The position numbers and the translations under genes are program-made. Below the pieces are notes generated by a model that ran no database searches, was not told where the DNA came from, and saw only the letters and a program-made list of their open reading frames with translations. From Dictyostelium discoideum (taxonomy: Eukaryota), in NCBI GenBank assembly GCA_000004695.1, contig CM000152.2:3616001-3680000 (forward strand): DNA of 64,000 bases, read 5' to 3'. Positions 44,591 through 57,589 of the stretch are shown here, piece by piece (within the stretch, counting starts at the first letter, position 1; the number at the start of each line of letters is the position of its first letter).

Positions 44591-45074
44591 ATTTCTTTTT
44601 TGTTTGTTTTATTACTATTCATTTTTTTTTTTTTTTTTATAATCAAAAACTTTAATTATTTATTATTCATTTTTTGTAAAGGTTGGTCTGATTTGAATGT
44701 TTATCAAATCAACAAATAATCAGAGTTCCTTTTTTTAAACCAATTTTTTTTTTTTCAATTCAATAAAAAAAAAAAAAAAAACACATCCAAATAAAAGAAA
44801 AAAAAAAATCACTAACTAACCAAATATATAAAAAGAAAATTACAACACAATCAAACTATTAAAAATGAAATTATTAATTATTTTATTAATTTTAAAAATT
44901 ACTATTAAAAAAACAATAATTTTCATATATAAATATATTACAGTATTAATAATTATATTAAATAAACATTTTATTGATTTTCCAATAATTATTCTATGAA
45001 ATATTATCAAAAAAAAAAAAAAAAAAATTAGTAAATTATTTAATTTTTTAATTTTAAATAAATGATTTACTTAC

Positions 45075-45646
45075 CGATAAAATCAAGAACACCATAAAAA
45101 TTATGTAAATGTTTATCAACTGGTTGATAAATTATCAAATTAAATGGACCACCATCTATATCACAAACTGGGCATATCCAAAGTCCTGTATGACATGAAG
45201 TAGTAATGTAAGCCTTTGGTTATTGAAATTTTTTTTTTTTTTTTTTTTTTAATATTAGTTAAATTAATTTTAGATTTATTTTTAAAATAAAATTAAATAT
45301 TTGAAAAAATACATACCATTAGATCAAAGCACTGATTATGCTGACAAAAAATTGTTTTGGCTGGAATAACTATTGGTTCATGGGTTAACGGACATATTGA
45401 TGACTCTGAGTCATATTGATTTTCATTTTCCACATCATCATTCACTTGACTAATGTGATTTCCTCCTTGATGAAATTCATCATTGCCATTGGTGTCTTCA
45501 AAATCATCTTCACTAATTTCATCATCTGAGTTACCATCACCAAAATTGTCATCATTATAATTGGATGGGGAATTCCTTGAAATAATATGCTTTAAAAAAT
45601 TAGAAGCGGTTTTTATTTATATCTATTTTTAAAATATACCTACCAT
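45075..45646 (-). CDS. Mini SP-RING (PIAS/Siz/Nse2-type SUMO-ligase zinc finger) protein, ~139 aa, 3 exons
   Basis: Exon 1 is ATG only (45646..45644), donor GTAGGT. Exon 2 is 45589..45317 (HIISRNSP...SICPLTHEPIVIPAKTIFCQHNQCFDLM), donor GTATGT. Exon 3 is 45213..45075 (AYITTSCHTGLWICPVCDIDGGPFNLIIYQPVDKHLHNFYGVLDFI, phase 1 out). This matches the SP-RING consensus CPL....I..P.R...C.H.QCFD......W.CPVCD...P...L..D. A terminal exon after the GTAAGT at 45074 adds 1 codon (E, then stop), per the 139-aa count. Confidence 0.5.
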
Positions 45647-46631
45647 TTTATAATTTAATGTAACTTTTTTTTGAAAAAAAAAAAAATAAAAAATAAAAAA
45701 TTAATATTAATTAAAAATAAAAAATAAAAAATAATTTACTATTATACTTTTTTATATTAAAAAACAGATGGAATGTGAAAAAAAATATTAATTATTTAAA
45801 TAATTAAAATAAAAATTACACAAAAAATAATTGTCAAACCAATATTTTTTTTTTTTTTTTTTATAAATACAAAAAATTAAAATCACAGTTTTTTGTGATT
45901 TTACCCCAAAAACCTTTAATTGACATTGTGGGTGTGTGTTTATATTAATTGAATAAATAATTATATTATTTTTAATTATTTATTATTATTATTATTATTA
46001 TTTATTAAATTATACTACATAAGTAATGTGTTTTTTTTTTTGCTAATGATGTGTTCGTAGTGTGGTCGTACAAACATATTAAAAAAAAAGGAAAATTGAA
46101 ATATTATTCATATTAAAAAAACAAAAAAAAAACTTTTTACTTTCCCCATCTTTTTAAAATTAGGATTCATACCCCAGCATGTTGAATATATTCATTATTA
46201 AAAAAAAAAGATAGAAAATAAGAGGTACCAAAAATAAAAACTAATAATAAACATATTTCAAACAATGTAATATTGATTTTTGAATAAATTTTTTGAATTT
46301 AATTATTTCTTTTTTAGTTTTCACTCTTTATTGCGTGGGTTTTACATGTAGGAATTAAACAGTCTTAATACTTATAATGATCTATATGCTTTAACACACC
46401 AACAAACCAAGATGGCCATCTTATCTATTTGATTATTTTGGTTATTCGAATTATTATGATGATGGTGATATTGTTGCACTATATTTAATTCAAACAATCA
46501 AAATGCTAAGAATCACTCTTTGTTTACTGTGGTATTGTTTTCATAGCTTTTTGGTATTGTAAAAAAGAAAATTAAAAAACAAATAAAAAAAAAAAAAATT
46601 ATAAATTACTTTTTTGGGTTAATGTTTCCAT

Positions 46632-46675
<44 letters not shown>

Positions 46676-46859
46676 AAACAAAAAAAAAACCAAACTAAAA
46701 CATTTTTTAAAAGATGCCTAGCGTCAATGAGTTTTTTATTTTTTTTTTAATTGTTTGGCATACTTGTGAATGTGTGGGAATTGGTTTTGAGCATTTGCAT
46801 CTTGTGATTTATTTGAATTTAAATCTCCAAAATGTCAGATTTTATCTAATGAAATTGAT

Positions 46860-46975
46860 TAATCATTTGATCATTGAGAAATCTTCTTTGCATTTATTGA
46901 TTTCTACAATTCACTCTTTTATTGATATTCTTCTATCCGGTATTTTAATGCTTAGAAGAAATCAATAAATGCAAA
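46860..46975. repeat. Perfect 26-bp inverted repeat (hairpin) with ~60-nt spacer
   Basis: aatcttctttgcatttattgatttct ... agaaatcaataaatgcaaagaagatt. Confidence 0.6.
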
Positions 46976-47214
46976 GAAGATTATGATCCGAGTAGGTATG
47001 GTCGTGCTTGAAATTTTAGACTGGTTCCTATAGTTTCCATCTATTGTCTTTATCTATAAAATCATATTAAAAAATAAATGAATAAAATATATAAAAAAAA
47101 AAAAAAAAAGAATTAATATTAAATAATATTAAAAAAAAAAAAATAAAAATAATTAAACAACTAATTTTCTAATTTAATATCAAGATGATATATATTATGT
47201 TCTGATAATCTTGA

Positions 47215-47390
47215 TATTGTTAAATACTTGAGAAACAGAATTTATCATTTGGGGAGCCAGATTGAAGAGAGGTCGAAATTTATTTGAAAAATTTCACATT
47301 ATTTAATCAAATAAATTTCGACCTATTGTTAAACCATAGCACCACAAATGGTAAATTCTGTGTCTCAGGTACATAACCATTACCAAGAAT
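47215..47390. repeat. Long nested imperfect palindrome with a perfect 17-bp core IR
   Basis: gagaaacagaatttatcatttgg...ggtcgaaatttatttga[19 nt]tcaaataaatttcgacc...ccacaaatggtaaattctgtgtctc. Confidence 0.55.
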
Positions 47391-47779
47391 ATCACATTTT
47401 CAGACAGCAATCGAAAGTTCTAATTTTAATTTTTAAACACTAATTAATTTTCACCTTGTAAAGATTGATGAACTGAAACTTCTATATATGTTTGAAAATA
47501 CATTCACCAATAGTTGAGAGATCTGATAGGTTGGTCAATTATTGCAACCATTTCAAAATATTATCTTGCATTTTGATTAAGTTCAAATTTAATTTTATAT
47601 AATCTTCTAAAAATATTAAAAAAAAAAAGAAATATTCACTTTTAGAAGTAATTACACACCCATTCAACCAAGTTTACTTTTTCTATTATAATTTTGAAAA
47701 GCAGTAAATTACAAGAAAATAAAAAAAAAAATTATTTTTAAAATTTTTTTTTTTTTTATTTTATTTTAATTGGTATTTT

Positions 47780-48370
47780 TTTTTAAAAAAATTGTTTTAT
47801 TATTTTTAGTGTTTTACTCACCAAGATTTGATCTCACTAGATAAAAAAAAAAAAAAAATAATAAAAATAATAAAAAAAAAAAAAAAAAAAAATGTGGGTA
47901 TAAAAAAAAAATAATAAAAATAATAAAAAAAATAATAAAAAAAAAAAAAAAAATTAAATAGCTTTCTATAAAAAACTTTTTTAATTTTTTTTGAATTAGA
48001 TGTTAATCACAAAGTAAAAAAAAAAAATAAATTATTTTTATTTTTTTGTAATTAAAAAAACCCAAAAAAGTGTAATATGAAAAATAGTATTCCAATATGA
48101 TGAAACATTGCTATGGTGGCAAACTTTGATATTGAAAATCACACAACAAAATATCATTTTACAATAAATTAATTGATTGGGCTAAATACCAAAAAAAAAA
48201 AATGAAAATAATAAAATAATAAAAAAAAAAAAAAAAAAAAAATAATAAAAATAATAATAAAAAAAATAATAAAAATAATAATAAAAAAAAAAAAAATTTT
48301 AAATAGCTTTCTATAAAAAATTTCCTTAAACTTTTTTTTTTTTTTAGAATTAGATGTTAATCAAAAATTA
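47780..48370. repeat. Tandem duplication of a ~300-bp AT-rich unit
   Basis: ...(a)n ataataaaaataataaaa...aaattaaatagctttctataaaaaa.tt...gaattagatgttaatca.aaa is present twice (47800-48020 and 48140-48380). Confidence 0.5.
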
Positions 48371-49276
48371 AATTAACTACAAAATATTATTATTTAAATT
48401 CTCAACAAATAAAAAAAAAAATTTAAAAAATTATAAAAAATAAAAAAAAAATAAAAAAATATTTAATATAAGATATTATTAATTTTAAATTATCTTGTTA
48501 ATAAATGAATTAAAACTCTAAAAATTAATAATTATCTAATATTAAATATTATAGGACTAAATTAGGCTCGGATAAACCATTTTGTAGATAATATCATCTA
48601 TTTTTATTTTATTTTTTTAAAAAGATATAATTTCCAACACTAATTTTTTATTTTAATTTCAGATTTTAAATGTAATAGCTCAACAAGAAAATGTACTACT
48701 GGCATGTCCGTTGATATTTCAAAAATTTACACTGCCGAATATGGGCATTTGAAAGCTAAATTGGATACAATAGGTGGTCTTTATTGTGACTCGAAAGATG
48801 TTACAATAATGAAGGTGTACGTGCTTGTTCCATTAACTATAGTTTTAAACATTCAAGTCCTATGATTGATAAAATTTCAATTGAAAAGTTCATCAAACAA
48901 ATATAAAATCAACTAATCATAAACAATTTGAAATTACATTCAAGAATATTCAAAATCTATATTGTTTCTCATGGACTCGAATCAAAATAAATTCAAATTT
49001 GATAATATAAACCAATAACATTATAAAATTAATAGTGGACCAAGATTAAAATGATTCAATTACAATATTTGGTAAAAGGCTGTTATTGAATTTTTTAATT
49101 GTGAAGATGCTCATTTACCATTTATTGTAATTAAACCACATTTAAACTTGGTACACTGTTTTCTTTAATTGTAATGGTATTAATTTGTAATTTGAATTTG
49201 TTTGAACAAATTAAGTTCAAATCAAAATAAAGATTGATGAAATAAAATTTTTTTTTTAAATAACATTTATTTGTTT

Positions 49277-49307
<31 letters not shown>

Positions 49308-50159
49308 TTATTATTAATATTATGATTATTTACATTCTTGAAACTTCTTTAATTGCTTCATGACAAAGTAATTTCTGAACATTTAATCTTTTCTAATGAT
49401 TCTTTGCATCTTGTTTACCTTTACCAAGTGAAACACCTAAATAACTACTTTAATAATAACAATTTTTGGTTTGCTTTTGGTCACTAAAGACAAATTACAG
49501 AATTTCTTTTTCGATTTAGTACATTAACAAAAAATGAATTTGAGTCTATTCCAAATCAAAAATTAAAATTATACTTTTCAAATTAAATGACAATAATATT
49601 TTTTATAAAAAAAAAGTAAAATTAAAGAAATTTATGTTTTAATTTAATAAAATTAACAATGAATTAAAATTTTTTATTTATTCATGAAGTGATTTGAGAC
49701 CATGGTTGATCTGTAGATGTGATGGTGATTGTGTTGTTTTTATGTTTATCCTGTGGTGATGTTTGAGTTTGTTCTACTAACCCTAACTTTTTTATTTTAA
49801 ATAAAAAACAAATAAAGTCTATTAAATTATTATTTTTATTTGTTTATTGATTGCTATTTATGTGTTTATTATTATCTTTTTTTTTATCTTTTTTTTTTTC
49901 ATTTTTTTTTTTTTCAAGACAATAAATAAATGAATAATAAATAAATAAATAATTAAATAAATAAATTTTTTTTATTTATCGATTTTTCCATGAATGATTT
50001 GAAAATAATCACAAAATTATGTTATCTATCAGATGGTGCAATTGCAGTATAGTAATTGGTTGGTTGTGTTGTTGTTGCTGTTGGTATTCTCGTTGGTTGT
50101 TTCTTTTATTTTGAAATAACAACTTGTGTGAAAAACTGTTTCAAATAAAATAAAAAGAA

Positions 50160-50260
50160 AATGTGAATTATTTGTGATTTTAAATTCACATGTGTAAAAT
50201 TAAAACTTAAAAAACTTAAAATAAAATAAATAAAGATAAAACAAAAAATTTAATTTAATA
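50160..50260 (-). repeat. Orphan inverted copy of the ARF-pseudogene 3' flank motif
   Basis: aaatgtgaatt.tttgtgattttaaattcacatgtgtaaaattaaaacttaaaaaacttaaaataaaataaataaagataaaa is the reverse complement of 11345-11440. Confidence 0.5.
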
Positions 50261-50725
50261 TTATTTATTTATTTTTTATTTTTACTACATTTATTAATTT
50301 TATTTATTTCTTTTTTATTTGCAAAATAAAATAGATATTGTTGTTATTATGACTAAAAAAAAAAAAAAATTACAAAAATAAAATAAAATAAAATTACAAA
50401 AATAAAATAAGTTTAATCCTATCCCTCAACTTTTATTAAATAAACAATTTTTCTTTTTTTTTTTTTTTTTGTTAGCGGACTAAGTACTTTGTTTAGGGTG
50501 CTGCACTCAAAATATACTATTCGAAAACAGCAAAAAAAAAAAGTTTACTCTTATGATATAATTAAGTTTTTTTATTTTTAATACACCTATCCAAACTGCT
50601 TTTTTTCTTTTTACTGTAAATTAAAAATAAAAAAAAAATGAACAGGTTGGATGGGATGAATCAATTTATAAAATTGCAATAAAAATTTAAATCTATGGTA
50701 ATAACAATTTAGATACTGGATTACA

Positions 50726-52204
50726 CTATGGCTTGAATGAAGATTTTGATTTAATCCTGTCAATGAAAAATTCTTGAATGATTTTAGTTTTTTCTTTCAT
50801 TATTTTTTGAAGTGTTTCTGTATTATCTTCGATTTCTTTAAATTTATTGTGAGGGTGTTTGGACCTAATAATTAATCAATAGTTAGTAAATTAAAATAAT
50901 AATAATAATAAAAATAATAAATAAAGAATAATACCATGGATTGTCTATAAAAATGGCAGGTTTATCTTTAATATTATCTATCATTTCATTTCTAACTTGA
51001 TTTATTTGATTTTTTTTATCACTGAATGTTATTATAGTTGATAAACATTCTAAAGTATCATTTAAAAGTGTTGAAAATAAATTTGATTGTTCTTTTATTT
51101 TTCCTATTAATTCGGCATTAAAAACTAAACTAACACTATCAATTCTTTCAAGTTTATTTACAGCCACTGATGATAGGATGGATTTGATATGTTGTCGACC
51201 ATCTTTATCTAAATCTTTTGAATCTATAAAACCTGGTGTATCTATAATTGTAATTCCAAACATCCATGTATTTTCAGAATGATATTCAATATCATATCGA
51301 CAAACACTTTTAGTTTTACTTTTACCAACACCTATAATATCATCCTTATTTTCCAAATTTGTTGCGCGTAATTGTTTTGGATCATCATTAATTTGACCTG
51401 TTATAATATTAAGAAATAATTCAATCATTGTTGTTTTACCAACACCTGTCATACCTAATAAAATAAAATTGAAACGTTGATGATCATCATCAAATGATGA
51501 AAATAAAACTAAATTTCTATAAAAATCTTTAAATGAATCATCTTCAATTAAATCCACATTTACGAAATATTTAAAAACAAATTCATCAGATTCTTTTGAA
51601 AAGTTACTAAATTGTAAACTATTTGAAATTTTAATTTTATTTAATCGTTCTTTCCATTCACCTAAACTTTTTAAATCTAAAATTTTACATTCACTTTTAT
51701 CTTTATAAATAATAGTTGAAGGGAAACTAACTTCATCATTATCCCATTTACCATCGATTGATATTAATTGATCTATATTACCATCACGATATGTTAATTT
51801 ACCATTACCATGACGTTTACCATCTAAACATAATCCTTCATATTTTGAAGCATCTTTATATTTATAAATTCCTTTATAAATTGGTTTATTATTAACAGTT
51901 GGACCAATCCATCTACCTTTATCAGTTTCTGTAAATGTTGAACCAATAATTTGTTGAGAACTTAATTTTAATTGAAAAATTGTTGCTTCTGTATATGGAA
52001 TGTTTTTACTATAATTTTTATCATTATTATTAAAATCATTGATAAATGAATATAATATAATATGATATAATATAATATAATATAATATACTTACTTTAAA
52101 ATATTTTTCATTGAACTTTGAATGAATTTAGTTAAAGAATCTTGAACATTTTTTAAAAATTTAATTTGTTCATCAACTCCTTTTGATAATTCATTTAAAT
52201 AAAT

Positions 52205-52236
<32 letters not shown>

Positions 52237-53518
52237 GATCTTTATTATTATCATTTAAAAATTTATTAAATGATTGTAATTGAATAATCATTTGTTCTAT
52301 CTCCCAATAGAATGAACCAATTGATGATATTTTATTTTTATACTGATTTAAATACATTGAACTATTAGATAAGATTGTTGTTACTCTTTGTGGTATTGGT
52401 GAAATTTCAATTCTAATTGGTACTAATTTATTTGGATCAACTTTAAATGAATCTATGATTTTAATTGCATCATCAAAACTTTGAATATTATTTTGATTAT
52501 CAATTGGTTCACAACCACCCCAAACAATTGATGATGTTGAATTTATTCTTGAAAATGATGAACTATCACTTTCCTCAATATGATATTTAACAGAGATTTT
52601 AAATAATCCAAAATTAACACCTGCTTCAAATTCACCTTTTAATTTTTTCATTGTCGAATGGTCACTAAAAAATACATATTTTACATAAATATACATTAAT
52701 TAACCACCTGTTGTATTATTACTATTATTATTAATAATTATTATTAAATACATACGAAGAATCTAATGTAATTTTAACATCTATAAATGAACCATATTCA
52801 ATTTTACTAATATAATATAGGCCATATTTTGATCTGAGTGAATCAATATCTTTTTCATTTATAATATCATTAGATGGTTTTGCATGATAGTCTAATTCAA
52901 CGATTTTATCAACAACTCTTCTTGAATATAAAAATGTCATTGTTTCATTATTTGTAATATTGGTTTCCATATAACTACCCATAACCTTTCCATAAAGAAG
53001 TCCAAATGATAACCCAATTTCTATATTGTATTTAAATATAAAAATTTATAATTAATATAGGTGTAAATAAACCATAACTAACTCATCTTCTCCTCTCCCC
53101 CTCACATTAAAAATTAAATATAATTAAACATACCTCCACCAACATTTAATGCTGATTTTAATGATTCACAACTTCTAATTAATGTAAAGTTATTTGAATC
53201 TGTTTTAGGAAATGTTGAATTGATATTCCTATTTTTATGGATTAGAAAATAAATTAATATATTTTTTTTTTTTTTTATTTTGAACTAATAAAAAAAAAAA
53301 GAAAATTGTGAAAATGATAAAAATAAATACTCTTTTCACAAACGATAATAATAAATACTCTTTTTCACAAATGATAAAAATAAATACTCTTTTTCACAAA
53401 TGAATACAGTGTTTTTGATAGCATTCCCACCATTTTCGTCAATACTGAAACCTCTTCCTAAATCATTTTCTAAAAGTGATGAATTTGTTCCTGATGGTAT
53501 TGGTAAAACCAATGACAT
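50726..53518 (-). CDS. Multi-domain protein: unknown ~330-aa N-terminal domain, then MORN repeats, then an AIG1/GIMAP-like (TRAFAC) GTPase domain. 6 exons.
   Basis: Phase-checked exons on the minus strand: E2 53228..53134, E3 53020..52756, E4 52664..52095, E5 52008..50935, E6 50864..50726 (stop). Donors are GTATGT or GTAAGT except E5, which is TG|GTATTA and weaker. E1 starts at ATG 53518 (MSLVLPIPSGTNSSLLENDLGRGFSIDENGGNAIKNTVFI) and its 3' end is unresolved. MORN repeat: YKGIYKYKDASKYEGLCLDGKRHGNGKLTYRDGN. GTPase P-loop LLGMTGVGKTT and G3 IIDTPGF. C-terminus: helix SKHPHNKFKEIEDNTETLQKIMKEKTKIIQEFFIDRIKSKSSFKP*. The track ORFs 52731-52982, 52091-52696 and 50883-51557 are parts of this one gene. 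Confidence 0.6.
53290..53395. repeat. Three tandem copies of a ~30-bp unit inside intron 1 of the MORN-GTPase gene
   Basis: Plus-strand unit: cacaaa[c/t]gataa(t/a)aataaatactcttttt. Confidence 0.5.
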
Positions 53519-54257
53519 TGCAATAAAAAAAAAAAAATTAAATAAATAAAAGTAAAAATTATTATATTATTACAATTAAATAAAAAAAAAAAAAGAAAAA
53601 TTGTATTTTAAGTCTTTTTTTAATTATGAATAATAAAATGAAAAAAAAAAAAAAAAAAATAAAATAAAATTAAAAAAAAATAAAAAAGAAAAAAAAAAAG
53701 TGGAGATATTCTTTGAATCAAAAGATATTTTTAAAAAAAAAAAAAAAAGATGATCTCAGATCGTTTTTTGATCTATTCTCTGATTCACTGCTTTAATATT
53801 TATTTTTTTAAAAAAATAATTACAAAATTTTTTTTTTCATAATTTGCATTCCATAGAATAAATATGTATGTAATTGTAAGAATAACTTATCCATTTATTT
53901 TATAATGAGAAGAAATATAAAAAAAAAGAGAAAAAAAAATAATTGTGGTTTTCACATTGTTTTGTTGGGAATAATTAGATTATGATCTGTTTTTCAACAA
54001 GTAAACAACTGATACCTATAACTTGTACAAGTTGATTGTATTGTTATACATGTGGTGAATGCATTCTTTTTTTTTTTAAAAAAAATAAAATGACACAATA
54101 AAAAAAGGGGAAGTTTTTTTTTTTTTTTTTTAATTTTTTATTTTTATTTTTTTTTTTTTTATTTTTTTACTTTCCACCACTTTAATGCGCCCATCAAAAA
54201 TTACACTTGCAGATTTTTAATAAATAGAGGTTTTAAATAATGATTTGTTTGATTTGG

Positions 54258-55617
54258 TTAATTTTTTTTAAAATTGAAACCTTTGAAAAGGTATCTTTTA
54301 ATTGGTTTTTTGTTGTTTGTTTTTTTAGCAGAAACTGTTTTTTTAACATTTTCTCTTTCAAAAAAATAACTGGAATCATATTCATTTTCTATTTTTGGCT
54401 TGAATGTCAAAGATTCTGGAGAATAAATTTTACTCCAATTTACTCCATTAAAGAATGGATGTCTTTTAACTTCATCAGCACCATTTGCACCTAATCTCTT
54501 TAATGGATCTACTTGTAATAATTTTTGAATTAAATCAATTGCAACTTCAGAAAAATAAGATGGAAAATTTATTTCATTTGTATAGTTAGTGATTTTTTCA
54601 AAAATCATATTTTGATTATCACCAACGAATGGGGTTTCACCACTTAACAATTCAAAAATGATGATACCCAATGCCCACCAGTCAATAGTTTTACCATATC
54701 CACGTTTATTAATTACTTCTGGAGACATGTAGTAAGGTGTTCCCAAACATTTGTTATTTTTTTTATTTCCATTTTTAATACTATTACCGGTGAAACCAAC
54801 TTCAGAAAAACCAAAATCAACAATTTTGATAATTCCGTTTTTATCAAAAATTAAATTTTCAACTTTTAAATCTCTATGAATGATACCACAACTATGAATA
54901 AATTCTAAACCATTAACAATTTGAGCAATAATATTTTTAGCTTCACGTTCTTCTAAAGTATTAAGTGAGTGCAATAATGAAGCACAATCACCACCATGTA
55001 AAAACTCCATAACCATATAAAGTTTTTTTTTTGTTTGAAAACATTCAAATAATTTTACAATTGACTGGTTTTGGTATTGAACTAATATATTTCTTTCAAC
55101 CATCAATTCTTTAACCATATGTTTTCCAATTGTATCACGTTTGTTAATTGATTTGATGGCAAAGAATTTATTTGATTTGGTAATGGCTAAAAATACTTGA
55201 CCATATCCACCTTTGCTAATTGGTTTAATAAAATAATAACCTCTAGTTTTAAACAAAATATTATGTGAAGATGAAATTCTTGCAGTTGAAAGTGGTGATT
55301 CAATTGGAGAGGATGGATTACTACGATTATCTAATGTTTCAGAATCACCTGGTTGATTAATTTTATTTAAATTATTATTATTTAAATTTAATTTAGGAAT
55401 AAAATTATTACTTAATAATAAAAGTTTTAAAAATTTTATTAAAAAAAAAAAATTAATAATATTAATAAATAATTATTTTATTTATTTAAAAAATAAAAAT
55501 AAAAAAAAAAAAAAAGAAAAAAAATTAAACTTACTTTGAAACTTTATCTTTTGGATTTTCGATCATAGTTTCATTGGTATTAATTTCTTGTGGATTTCTA
55601 TTATTTATTGTTTCCAT
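54258..55617 (-). CDS. Ser/Thr protein kinase (AGC-like, with C-terminal FxxF-type motif FKGFNF), 411 aa, 2 exons
   Basis: Exon 1 is 55617..55535 ([27 protein letters not shown], phase 2), donor GTAAGT. The 124-bp intron is 55534..55411. Exon 2 is 55410..54258. Kinase motifs: [45 protein letters not shown]. The track ORF start at 55256 is TTG, not ATG. Confidence 0.75.
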
Positions 55618-55978
55618 TTTTATTTTTTAATTATTATCTGATTAGAATTTTGATGAAAATGAAAATGTTTATTTTTTTATTTTTTTTTATTTATAGGCAA
55701 TTTATTTGTTTTTTTTTTATTACTTTTTTATGAAAAAAATATAAATTAAATTAAATTAAATTAAATTAAATTATATGTTTTGTTTGTAAAATAATGAATT
55801 AAAAACTGTTTGATGGTAGTATGATTTTAATAACAATAGCATTCCAAGAATGAGAAATAAAGCACACTTATTTCTACACACTAAAAAAAAAAAATTAAAA
55901 AAATAAATCAAAATAAATATTTCTTATGAAATAAATTTGTAAAATTATAACTGCAAATTATGTTTAAATAACAATTAT

Positions 55979-56035
<57 letters not shown>

Positions 56036-56862
56036 CTTTTCCATTTTTTTCTATTATGATGAAGTTGGAATTTGTTTATATAAGGGTAAAAATCCCATAG
56101 TGTTATTTTTGGTATATCGAAAATAATCAATGATGTTGTTAACAATGATTTTATAAAACTTCTTTGGTTTTGTTTTACAAATACACAAGCAAATAATAAA
56201 AACAAAAAAAAAAAAAAAAAAAAAAAAAACAAAACAAAAAAAAAAAAATGATTTTGTAAGTGGGTAATTAGTATTTATTTATATTTATTTATTTATTTTG
56301 TTTTTTTTTTAAAAAAATTAAATAGAAAAATAAGTTTAATGTAAGTGAATGTAGTATTTTTGGGAGATTGGATCACAAATGATGTTATAAAATACAAAAA
56401 AAAGATCGGTTATAGAAATGTTTGGATTTATTTCATTCAATTTTTTTAATATTATTCAATTAATTTTATAATTGTGTATGAAGAAATGTTTTTTTTTTTA
56501 TCTGTGCATTTTTTTTTTTCCTTTTTTTTCCTTTTTTTTTTAGTTTATAAATTAAAAAAATTAAAATATAATGGTAGATGGTAGTATTTTTTTAAAAAAA
56601 TAAATAAAAAATATTTTTCCAGGTCCTAAAAATAGTTGAATGTGTTAATGTGGGAAATTTGTTTTTTTTTTTTTTTTTTTGAACTTAACCCTAATTTATC
56701 AAATAATAACAAAAAAAAAATAATCATTTCTATTTTTTTTAATTTAATTATTTTTTGTGTATTTTTTTATTTTCTCTATATAAATCAATGTGATAAAGTA
56801 AATGGTTAAAATTAAATAAACACATCATGTGGGAAATAAAAAAAATAATTTAAATTATTATT

Positions 56863-56916
<54 letters not shown>

Positions 56917-57047
56917 TTATTAATATTATTATTATTTTTTACATGTTACTGATTAAAAAAGAAATTATACACTAAAAATTAAAATTAATTAACTTATTTT
57001 TAATAATTTTATTTATAATTTTTTTTTCTTTTTTTTTTTTTTTTTAA

Positions 57048-57079
<32 letters not shown>

Positions 57080-57589
57080 AATAATATAGTATATTAAAAA
57101 ATGTATGTTATAATTAATTTTTACTATTTACAAAAAAAAATAATATTAAATATTTTTTTTTTTTATTTTTTTTTCCTATTCTTGTGATATAAACTTGTCA
57201 AAATCTTTGAATTTGAATACCCAAACCAAAATTTATTCAAACCTTATTAAATGGTCATTTTAAAAAATTATTTATTTAAATTAAAATAAAATAAAGAAAT
57301 TAATAAATAGTAAATTACAATTGATTTTTTTTTTTTTTTTATTTTAAAAAGAGAATTACTAATTATAATATTTTTCTTACCTAATTAACCTTTAAAAGGG
57401 TTTAATTGGCCTCAAACTCTAGTTCCAAGTGAATAAACTAAAGATACCCAGTCATTCATAATTAATGATCTGTTCACCCTATCAATTAAAGTTGAGAGTT
57501 TAAAACTATACATCTTCTTTTTAATTATAATTTTAATTATTGTGCCATCAATTTATTTATATATAATTCTATATTGTGGCTGTATTATT

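Noticed and set aside
48660-48830. Possible internal coding exon (acceptor TTTCAG|ATTTTAAATGTAATAGC..., then CNSSTRKCTTGMSVDISKIYTAEYGHLKAKLDTIGGLYCDSKDVTIMK and a GTGTACGTG donor)
   Set aside because: It has exon-like composition, but no upstream or downstream partner exons could be phased, so it is left unannotated.
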